Assembly: GCA_965637545.1 (NCBI GenBank)
Contig: OZ281494.1
Location: 27,776,001-27,840,000 of the forward strand
Length of the DNA: 64,000 nucleotides
Origin: Phallusia mammillata
Taxonomy: Eukaryota
Direction: 5' to 3'
Shown here: positions 49,701 to 61,700 of the stretch, piece after piece
Position numbering within the stretch: the first letter of the stretch is position 1
How the letters are laid out: every line of letters starts with the position of its first letter
The notes under the pieces: model-generated
What the model saw: only the letters and a program-made list of their open reading frames with translations
The model's database searches: none
What the model was told of the DNA's origin: nothing
Program-made: the position numbers and the translations under genes

Positions 49701-52700
49701 ATTTTTTTTTGCTAGATTTAGTTTGTATAAGATAACCGATAGTCTCGATTTTGGCAATAGGTCATTTTTTTATTTGGCAACGCCGCCAGAAACTGTTTTG
49801 GCGATGCACCAATTTAAATTGTCACCGAAAAACAACAAAAACCTGAGCTTTTTAAAAACAAAAACAGAAACTGCCATTTTTTCGTAAACTTTTTTAGGGT
49901 AAGTTTATTCGAATTCATTTCGGAACAAGTGGAAAGCTCTCGGGAGGAGATATTGAGTCTTATCTTCTTGAGAAGAGCAGAGTCATCTTCCAGCTTCCGG
50001 CAGAGAGGAGTTACCATATTTTCTACCAGGTTTGTACTAAAATCGATTTTGAAAGCCGTCTTCTAAATGTTCGATTAGCTAAACAAAAATACTAAAAGCC
50101 ATTACCACAGGCAAACTAGCCATTGTTATTCCTTTTACTAAGTGATTGTTTTACACCATAGTCAAAATTAAACGTTTTTAAGTCTAAAATATAGGTGGGT
50201 TAAACAGTTTAAAATCCAGCCAAATTCGATTTTGCTTCACGTTTTTTTAAATCAACCTGGATGACTTGATTCTTCTATGACCCCTCTCTCTAACTTTTTT
50301 AATAATAAAAAAACCTAAGTCCCTTTCACACACAATGTGACCAGTTTTTCAAGCTTTAAGATTTGAACCAGTTTTTCAAGCTTTATCAAGACATAATAAA
50401 GTGATTGAATAACGAGGAACTGTCGTCATTCAAGAAAGTTACATTCTTTTCGATAGCAAACCATTTTTTGTTGTTGTTTAGATTATGTCTTCTGGCAAGC
50501 CTGACATGATTGAGCAACTCTGCATTACTACCAATCCAAAGGACTACCAGTGGATCAGCCAGGGAGTGCTCACTGTTGACAACATGGACGACAAACAGGA
50601 ATTTGCTTTCACCGATGTAAGCTTACATGTTTTTTGCAGCAATTTTTGTGATTGAGAGTTTAAACGTTATGCAGAAACGAACTAATGCTATAATGAGTGT
50701 TAATGAATGCGAAAAGTAAAACGCAATAATTTCAGCAGGTTAACATACCTAACCGGATATTCCTGTAAGGTTGCCTGAAAAGTTGGATGTATTTTATTTT
50801 ACCTATTTTACTGGAACATTTTTAGATGATTAGAAAACTAATTCCCTTAGCCTAAACCCCTGTTTAGCAAAACTCAGCAAACAACCTTTTTAGGTATATT
50901 TTCACTTTAAAGAAAAACCTAAATTCATTTTTTATTCTCTCCCATTTTTTTACATTTTAACGCGCCATATTCACCTTTTCTTACAATACCACTTCACAAC
51001 AGGAAGCTTTCGATGTTCTCGGATTTACTGAGGACGAAAAGGTGGGATCCTATCGACTCACTTGTGGCGTAATGGTCTTTGGCTCTATGCGTTACAAGCA
51101 GAAACCCAGAGACGAACAAGCAGAGGTTGACAGTGTCGAAAGTAGGTCATACTGACACTTGTCACATGCAAACCGTAATGTCCTTTTCGTGTTTTAAACT
51201 TACCACATGTTTAGTTTTAGCTAAAAGGGTTCAATTTGAGTCCGTTGGAGGTTGTTGCCTGTTTAGCAAAAACCAAAACATGTTAATTTCACATGAGCTT
51301 ACTTTTTATTCCAAACAAAGAGGTTACAACAGAGTATTAAAACGGATAGCCAATTTTGTTCAAAATGCGGTTATTGTTTGATTATTCCCATTTTGTTAAG
51401 TTCAAAGTGTTTAATATCTTTTTTATGTGTGTCGAGTTTGCTGACAACTTTTTCAAATCTTCACTTGTCTTTCAAAACTTGCAGTTGCTGACAAATGCTC
51501 GTACTTGTTCGGAATCAACTCGAACGAATTGTGCAAAGCGATTACGCGTCCCAGAGTAAAAGTCGGAACGGAATATGTGCAGAAGGGTCAGAACGTCGAC
51601 CAGGTACGCTATTACGTCACGGCTACGTTTACCGCCATGTCATATCTACACAATTACGTCACAGACACTCGTCTACATTACATAAAAAGTACAACATTAC
51701 AAAACGTTTCATACCAAAATACAAGATATTAGAAGTGGTAAAATTAGCAATTGCGTCATTATAATGACGTCATTCTTGTGTGTTTCAGTGCAAAAACTCG
51801 ACAGGTGCTCTGGGCAAAGCTGTGTACAACAACTTGTTCCGTTGGATTGTCTTCCGTCTTAACATCACACTGGACACTAAATTGCCCAGAAACTATTACG
51901 TTGGTGTGCTAGATATTGCCGGCTTCGAGATTTTTGAGGTAATAGGCTGTTCAAAAATCTTTTAATTAATAACTTGATTATAACCAATCCGTTTGCGTTC
52001 TTTCATATCACCGCTTAATTGCTTTTATCTTCAAGTTTGCTTCGCCCCTTTCTTTACTGTTGTGCTGCACCAAGTTACATCCCTTCTGTTGGTTTTTATT
52101 TAACATGACGATCACAATACGAACTGTCTAACTCTAAACGTTGTGATGTTTTTCACTCAAACACTGGCTTGTGTCGTTTCGTCAGTTTTTGCCTTTTCCA
52201 CACCATTTTTGGGATAAGTACAATTTGAAACCGGAAAAAATCGAAACGATAGCATCAATTTTATTTCAAATTGACTTGTTTCTCGTTCCAACGTTTTCCG
52301 ATTTGTTTTCTCTAGTTCAACACTTTCGAACAACTCTGCATCAACTTCACCAACGAGAAGCTGCAGCAATTCTTCAACCACCACATGTTCGTCCTTGAAC
52401 AGGAAGAGTACAAGAAGGAAGGAATCCAATGGACTTTCATCGATTTCGGCATGGATCTGCAGGATTGCATTGAGCTTCTCGAAAAGGTAAAGGGATTTTG
52501 TAAACGTGTGATAAAGCCCAAATTTAATGATATTTTCTTGAAACTTTACAACTGTTTTGCTTATTGCGTAATTTAGACTTCCTTCCAATAACGAATATTT
52601 ATATGAAGGTTTAAAATGCAACTGTCTATACTTAGGTAAGCTATCCCGACGTATACTGCTTTCACAGAAAATTATGTCAAAATTATGTATCATCAATAAA

Positions 52701-55700
52701 ATAACTAACAAAAACATTTACACTTTCGACTATACTTGTTGCGCATGTATGCATTACAACTCTATATCTCGATTTGCAGATCTTGTAAATTTTACTCATA
52801 CAAAAAAAATTACTTTCACATTAACTTCTACCAATTTACTTATCACCCTCTTCATTGTATATCGGATTAAAAACAGTCTTACTGATCTCAACATCTCTCG
52901 TTCTTTCAGCCAATGGGAATCTTCTCCATCCTGGAAGAGGAATCGATCGTTCCCAAGGCAACCGATGAGACCTTTAAGAACAAACTCTACGAACAACACG
53001 ACAAGAAGTCCAAGGCGTTCGTGAAACCCAAAGTTTCTGGCAAGAAATCTGGCAACGCCCATTTCTCGGTTCGACATTACGCTGGAATCGTAAGTATCAC
53101 CAAACATAAACGTAAACACACTCGATTTAAACCAGTTATGCTAACCTAAGGTAAAGCCTTCCCACTATTTTTTTACACCATGTCCGAGAAATAAACAAAC
53201 ATTAATCTTCACAGCGTTCAGAATAATATAGACTACAACATGAAAACTATTTTTCTCTTTTTCAATTAATAGCGAATCTTAAAAAGTATTTTGCTAGCTT
53301 GGCGCATCATTCTTACAATATGACGTCACTTCTATATGACGTAGGTGGACTACAACGTCGACGGATGGTTGAACAAGAACAAGGATCCGTTGAACGAGAG
53401 CGTTTTAAGTTTGTTCAGGAAATCTTCAAACAAACTGATGTCGGGTCTCTTCCCTGAGGTTAAGGAAGAGGGTGAGTTTTTCAGCAACTTTGCTGTGTAT
53501 ATGGTATTAGATTTCAACACAAATAGTCTAAATTTAAAGATACTTTCATAATTAATTGGGCCACATCAGTTCTCGAAACGTGGATTTAGTATCCAAAAGA
53601 AATCAGTTTCTTCATAAAAGTTTCTTTGGGCTAAAACGATTATTGTTTAAACCACGAATCCATTCCGATTTTCATAGTTAAAATGTAAAACAAAATTTCC
53701 GCAAAAGCCTATCACACTGCAAAAGCCTATTTATGTACAAAGTAAACGTAGGCTAGTACTTCGCAATATAGTTAACATTATTCTTTGCCAATCAATGATC
53801 GACATTGTGTCACGTGAACGTCTCCTAGCAACCGCGTGCTTCCATCCCACAGCGACAACTGTGAATTAATTTACTCGAGCATTGCAGCTGCCACATCCAC
53901 GCCCGCGAGGCCACACTCCATATATGGATGGTAGTTACATGCCGCCGGCTTGTGGTTGTGGCGTCATAAAGATGATTTGTTGATGTCATAAGCTGTCTTA
54001 CAATGCACAATTCTAATTTTAGTCGTAACGTTATATTTTTAAAGTAAATAGATTATGTATTCTTTATGTAACTCAAGTGTTTAAAAACGGGTGTAACCGA
54101 TGTGTCCCCGCATATCACTGATGATGGCATGAGGTATTGCTGAAACGTTTGAATCAGAGTTGTAAGTCAGGCCGGGCTTTTCGGACCGGGTTCGGGCTAA
54201 GGTTTCTCAAAAACGGGCTTGATTCGGGCCTGACTTTACACTTTGTGTCAATAATTTTTTGAATAAATTTAACTAGCTAAGTTGCCAGTTACTGGACCTG
54301 ACCTAATGTCAAACAGCCCTAAAACGCCTTCTGGCCAATTATCTATTATGTTTGTTGGGTTGGTCTTTCCTGAGTATCGGGCTCGGGCCGGGTTCGGGCT
54401 TTAATTTCAGGCCTGTTTGCAACTCTTGTTTGAATACTAATAAGCATATCGCTTTTTACTTCTATTTTAACGGTTATTTTCCCCGATAAACTAATGAACA
54501 GATCCGTGGATAGTGCTCTAAAGGTTGTATATTTTTAATACAGCTTGAAACTTATGTTCAGCCAGTTTTCAATTAATTCTATTGTCCAGTGTGCAACAAG
54601 CCTCAAAATCTAGTTTGAATCAACACCCATAAGGTTACAATGGCAAGTTAAAAACAACTCTGTGTCTCCCTCAGGTGGCGGCAAAAAGAAGAAGAAGGGA
54701 GGAAGCTTCCAAACTGTTTCAGCTCTTTACAGGGTAACTTTTACGCTGTTTGTGATAAAATTTGCTAATAAAAGCCTTGGAGGATTTTTTTATCCCATGT
54801 AAACGGCGTGATTTCGAAAACTAATACAAACAATATATTGAAAGTTTTGTAGTAATCATAGGCTAGTTTAACCTCGATGCTAAACTATTCACCGGCAATA
54901 AAAAAATTAAGTCTGGCATTGTCTCTAAAAACTCGCTTTCAAGGGATGTTTTGTAATGTGTGATAATATAACTTTAAACCCAATGAATTTCTTATATGGA
55001 CCACTGGTGAAATCACAATAATGCTTTTTCTCAAGGAACAACTTAACAAGCTGATGACGAACCTTCGCAACACGAAACCTCACTTCGTGCGTTGCATTAT
55101 TCCCAACGAGATGAAGCAGCCGGGAATTATGGACGCACGTAAGTAACGAATTTTCCCCAAAGATGTCTCGTATGCCACTAGGTCGAATTGGTGCCGATTT
55201 TGGTTTCCTATATATTTCGGCCGATTGATTAATTTGCAGTGCTCAGATGAGGTCATACTACGCTGACGTCACTATTACGTCATTTATACTACTCGACAAA
55301 CATTTTTTTTGCTGGTAGACGATGATTTACCTAAAATCCATGCAGTTGTGAATACCTTTGATGCTGCAACGTGCGATACATTTTGTAGATTAAAACAGTT
55401 TTAATGCTTAAACCTAAGATCTTGTGTTTCTCTGACAGTATACCCTTTACTTTGCAGACTTGGTGTTGGCTCAGCTCAAGTGCAACGGCGTGCTTGAAGG
55501 AATTCGTATTTGCCGCAAGGGATTCCCCAACAGGCTTCCATACCCTGAATTCAAACAGAGGTTGGCTATAATCTTTGTATTAATTGGAGTTATAAACAAA
55601 CCATTCTATTTTGTATCATAACATTCGACCTTTATTCTTGTGTTGCGAAAATTCATTGGTATGCTTTGCGTAATCCGGCCTTTGTTCGTGACGTAGATAC

Positions 55701-58700
55701 CAGGTCCTTGCCGCAAAGTTGGTTGCAAACATGGTGGACAGCAAGAAAGCTACAGAGACGGTTGTGTCCCATGTAGAACTGGATACTGCTTTGTACAAAA
55801 TCGGACACACCAAGGTACGATGACTAAATGTTCATACATAGTTCAGGTAAAATGACAAAATGATTGTAAATGTATTGGTACAGCGACCATTATCAGTAAA
55901 TGCCAGGAATTGTGATCACTTTCCACTCAAATTAAGTCAAACTATTTATTGGCAGATCTTCTTCAAAGCCGGAGTTCTCGCCGATCTTGAAGACAAGCGT
56001 GACGAAATCCTCTCCATCATCGTCACAAAGATGCAGTCACGTGTTAGAGGAAAACTGATGAGGATCGAATTCAAGAAGATGCTGGAGCGACAGTGAGTGA
56101 TATTTGTTTTTCGCTCGTCATATATGTTACCTAACTGACACCTTTGTTGCGTTATAGACGTGCAGCGCGAGCCATCCAACGCAACATCCGTAAGTTCTTG
56201 CAGTTCCGCGACTGGCAGTGGTGGAAACTCTACACCAAGGTACGTCACATTTAAACCCAGTGGAATGTTGGCAATTATGTGACTTCACAAAAGTAATGAC
56301 ACCATAATTGTCAGTTTATATGAATATCTTGATTCGTAGTGTTTCAAATCAGTGGTTCTTAACATTTTTAGTGTAGTTTCCTACTAAAGTCAACCACTAA
56401 TGTCAAATTTCTCCCTTTGTTATTTCCATGATGATGTTTTTTGCCGTACACTGTAACAAATTGTCCCTATTTGACTGAAAATAGTTACTTTGTAACTAAA
56501 TGATTAAATTTGTGACTTAAGATATTCAAAAAATAAAACTTTACACAACAATTTGATACCATTGACTTAAGCAATTTTCCTCTACATGTACATTTCCCAC
56601 CAGTTAAGAATCACTGTTTTAAACTGTGTTCATTTGGGGTTCATTTAATTTCGTTTTAGATACGTTGTGCTTTATTTATTTTTTCTCAGTTTGTCAGATC
56701 TTGATCTGAATTTTGACTTATTAATATTATGACGTCACCAGGTGAAGCCCCTACTCAACGTGGTCCGTGTTGAGGACGAGTTGAAGGCGAAGGACGATGA
56801 GATTGCGGACTTGAAGGATAAGTACGGTAAAGAGGAAAAACTGCGCAAGGAATACGAGGAAAAATGCGTCCATCTCTTGTCAGAGAAGAACGATCTTACT
56901 TTGCAACTCCAAGCGGTAAGTCTAATACTTTGTTAAAGCGACACATGTTTTATTTGTGTAGCAAAAAAACGTTGAGGAAAATCATACAAAGTCAGTAATT
57001 ACAGCAAGAGCTTTTCTACTGGGCTCGAAAATTGTGCTTTATTTTATTTTTTTCAAATGAAGGCAATTCGTAAGGAGATGAGCTTAAAGACATTTTGACA
57101 ATAACTAGACCAGGGATGGCGAACACGAAGTGACCCGCCACGTGAATTTTAGTGACCCACTTGTAGTTTTTTTTACAATTTAGACTGATTACTATAGGTA
57201 GGGTTACCAGACTTTCAAGATTAAAAAGCAACGCAACAGTTAAATTTAAGCCCCTTGCCAGATTGCCTATTGTCTTAAAATACAGCTTGTTGAGTCACTT
57301 GTGAGGCAAAAGATGTTTATTTAAACGTACAACTTGAAACGATTTGTTGTAACTTTGTTAACGCTGTTCGGTTCAACATATTCATGCGAATCCTTGTTTT
57401 TACACATGAATTTGGTAAAATGAAGTGCCAGGAATCGTCTTAGCTCAGATATGACTGCTGCTTGTATTAAGATGAAACTGTCTAGGATTGCAAGGCTTGC
57501 AGACAAGATGCTTAAGCTTCTCATTGACATTCACATGTTATAAAAAATGTGACCCACTTTGTTTTCTTTTTGAATTATGATCTCATGTATAACCCATTCA
57601 ACTAAAAAGGTTCGCCATCCCTGAACTAGACTATCTTAAAATCTCATTGTTGATCCATTCCGTCTTTATAGGGTAATCGGTTTCTTTGTGCAAAAAATAA
57701 TATTGTATTTGGTAGCTAGAGCAGAGAAGTACAAGATTACGGAAAAGGCGATATCTTGTCTCTTCTTGCCTATAGTACAGTAAAAAGCGATTTTGTTATC
57801 ATCACCATTGACTACCACAACAACCAAAAAACAACGACGAACACATACAGTAAAACCAGTTCAAGGTGAAAAACTTCATCACAATAAGCCATATCATACC
57901 CAATTGTGATTAATTATCAGAACTCGGGAAAGTTTGTTTAAACTTTGATAACCTTTGTCTCCTTTCCTAGAACTTGATTGACACGTCGCGTCTGACACAA
58001 TACCTACTTATTAACGTCATATGGGGTTTCGACGTCGATTTGTTTAAGATTGCAAAAAATTAAAATAATACGTTCAAATTTAAGGTAAATTTCACTTGTG
58101 ATGTGTAACGCGGGTTAGGCATTTTTACGCAAGAGTTGTTTCTCGCACTCGAGTATTTATTTAACCCAGCTATAAAATTTCGCTATTTTGAGTTTACAAC
58201 TTCAATTTTCGGCCGCTCCCTCCGTTTCACACAACTGCTACACTTCCAATAAAACATGTCAAGCGACAACAAAATAGTGCTATGTAAATCCACACCAGAC
58301 CTCGACCAAAGCCCGTACATAAGAGTGTAAATATGTCAACGATCGACGTATGACATGAGTCCAACGTTAAATCCAAGTTACGTCTAGTTTAAAACGAAAA
58401 AGGGTTCTATGGAGGTAGTTTGGTAATGGATTGATTAAAATGCTATGGGGCCTTTCGTGCTTGATTTAAAGGCGATTCCTTTAGCGTGTCTAGCATCGGT
58501 AATATGACAGTTATCTTTTTCACATGTAACAAACAACCAATACTACTCATTGTCAGGAGAGAACGATTCAACCCTTTTCGTTTTCGTGTCCTTTAAACGA
58601 TGATTGTTAGCTTTCGGAAGGTAGAGATAGTTTGAGTTACTTCTTCAAACAATTCGCCTTTTGTTTTAATTCACCGATAAGCTATCTAGCTTTTGCCTAT

Positions 58701-61700
58701 CGTGTGTTGTACTAAATGGGAGAAAAGTTAACCTTTTTAGTGGCAATTTCGAGTTTTTGGAACGTAGTTAACAAAGCTATGGAGAACTACGACTCTAAGA
58801 CATCTTAACAACGTCCCATTTGATCTACAACAACGTACAAACAAGAACAAATAACAAAAAACAGAGTTCAAATATTAACATTTAGTCGCAAAGCCAAATC
58901 AAACAAAGAAAACATTTCGTACTTAAACATCCCTACACAACGTTAAGATGCTGAACAACGCAAACTCCGAAGCCACCAGATAAAAGGATTTATCCCGATG
59001 TAAACGCGACAATATTTTCACCTGTCAAACTCGTAAACCTTACACTGTTTGTCTTTTCCGCTCGAGGGGCCTTTGTGACTGTGTGTGTTCAACATAGTTG
59101 AGCTAATATTTAAGAAGTTCAATAATTGTTTGAGTGTTCGAAAGCTCGGTGCAGCTCTCACACACAGAAAGGCACTCATTCATAGGGATGGGCTTTTGTA
59201 GTTTTAGTGTTATTTGTCTTCACAGTATTACTTTTCCGGTTTCAAATACTCGTTTGTAATAAGGCAGTGCTTAGCGGAAGCTTTATTAACATCACACCTG
59301 TCAATGTATGTGGTATAGCAGGAGAGTATGAGTTAGTCATTTAATGCTTATTAGTTTAACAATCTTTACTAGTCGGTTACCTTTAAAGTTTAGTGTCCTA
59401 AAGCCAATTTTTGTCTGCTTCCACCCTTTCAAGCTTTAAATATTCTAACAGCGTAACTGTTGAAGGAGAAACATTTTGCTGTTAAAGATTTTGTGCCGTC
59501 GCAATGTCTGATGACGCTCACAGACTATCAGTTCGGCGTCGCACAAGGAATCGAAGTATTATAAATCCCAAAGACGTTGAAGAAAGCAAATCGTATGAAG
59601 TCACAAATTCTTTACAAGAGGTCACAAGAAGTGTTCATGACGTCATTACAGTGACGCAGTCAAGCGAAGTTGAAGTAACAACTGTACGGAGAAGTCGAGC
59701 GTCACGTGACCTAAAGAGATTGTCTGTAAACACCGGAAGTACGTCATCTCCAGCAAACAGTACACGTCACAGCAATGACGTCGATTCCAGTTACTCTCCC
59801 AGGCATTCCGAAAATATGGAACAACACTTGGACAGTCCGCGTTCTCACGAAGCAAATGATGACGTAGGCGTGACGCGGCGTTGCTCGTTGATGAATAGTC
59901 AGCGAAGCGGAAAGTTAATGGAGTTACGTAATCGTTACACAAGCGATGAGGTAGACAGTATGACGTTTGAAGACGAGGAGGTTGAATTAAAAAGCGAGCG
60001 ATCCCAACAGAGTGATGCCACTGATGAGCAGTATGACGTCACAACGAACGGTGCGCACGAGAGTGTGACGTCATGGCTTATGAACGACTGTAGTTCATCT
60101 GCTAGCGAGGATAGCGATAGTTCAAGTGATTCGGAAAGCGGCCGCGGGGAAACGAAAGCGCCAAGTCGGCAGATTTCAGCTGAAAATCTCAATGAGTTAG
60201 TTAATGGATGCGAACAAAGTGCTGAAGAAGTGAATGAACCGTTGGTAGAACAAGAACATGTAAATGAATCAATCAATTCCAGATTGCCACCGATGGAACA
60301 ATACCGATTGTGTTTTGAGGTTCGTCTGGGCAATAAATGTAACCAAACACACATAGTTACACAAGCACACGTGATGTACAACGCACAATAAAAATGCGAA
60401 CAAATATCTACTTCACATTTTGGTCTGATGAAGCAGGGAATTGGGCATTTTGAAAACACCTTTTTGTGATGTGTATTTTAAAGGGGTCAGTTGTGTGGCT
60501 GTGAAGTTGATCTTCTGTTGGTATGCCGTAGTTGTATGTACACAATATCAGAAGGGCATTTTAGCCTATGTACGTGTGTAAACATTATCAATAATTTTAC
60601 GTTGTAAACGGGACGGATAGGAACTATTTCGTAATGGTTTTAAACAAAATCTCTTTGTTTGGAAAGCACCACGCAAGATCATGAATTGGTGCGAGTAACT
60701 ATTACCAGCATTTCTGTTCAACAGAAAGTTTTATTGTCCAGGGGAAAATGAAACACATGTAGTAATTATGTAATATTATTTACAGGAGCAAGACAACTTG
60801 GCCGATGCTGAAGAGAGAAACGAGCAACTGGTTAAGAACAAGCAAGATCTTGAGAACCAGGTACAACCTAATACATTTAGAATGTTCACTAGACGGGCTT
60901 GCATCTAACAAATTGTTAACAACAAAATCAGACCTAATGTTTTCGATGACGTATTGGTTACGTGATTCTTACGTCGGAGTTTGTAATTTGGGCCGGATAC
61001 TATGGCTCGGGTTTGAGTTTGACTTTGAAATTGGTTTGATTAGCGCCTGACTTTACACTGGGCATCATTTGTGCTTCAATTGTATCATCTTTCGGGCCTA
61101 ATTCAGGATTCATTTTGACATTAAATCGGGTTTGGGTCGGGTTTTCGGCTAGTTCTTTCGGGTTTAGGTCTCAATTTCGGGCCCGCTTACAACTCTAACT
61201 GACGTAACATGCAAGCAAAGTTTAATGCTTCTTTAATCTGGCTGTAAAAATATCTAAAACTTACATCATTTAATACAGTTATGCTTGATAGCAGGAAATT
61301 TGATGACGTCACTAACGTTTACTGTGACGTAACAGGTGGCTGATCTCTCGGAGCGCTTGGAGGAAGAGGAGGCAAACAACGAACAGCTGTCAGCAGCCAA
61401 GAAGAAGTTGGATCGCCAGGTTGAAGATCTCACTCATGATATTGAGGAAGCAGAGAGCAACATCAACAGGCTCGACAAAGACAAGCAGGTTTGTGACCAG
61501 CGAGATTGTTTTGAAAACCGGGCTAGTTTTTTTAATGTATTACTTACTTAGGATTTGTGGAAAAATGAAAATTTCGCCACGCGCGTTTGTTTGAAAAGTT
61601 GGGTAAAATAATTTAGAATAAGTTAGCGACAATTACGACAAATTTTAACAACATCTTAAATGCTTTACAATCAAACAATGCGCTTTTTGTATGTTTTGGA

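Noticed and set aside
50341-50385. 17-bp direct repeat CCAGTTTTTCAAGCTTT
   Set aside because: Ordinary intronic microduplication.
58256-58420. Additional alternative first exon in the large myosin intron ([16 protein letters not shown]...)
   Set aside because: Only 24 codons and a weak donor; indistinguishable from chance.
59646-60459. Minus-strand ORFs of 98 and 174 aa
   Set aside because: Antisense shadows of the Ser/Glu-rich plus-strand ORF.
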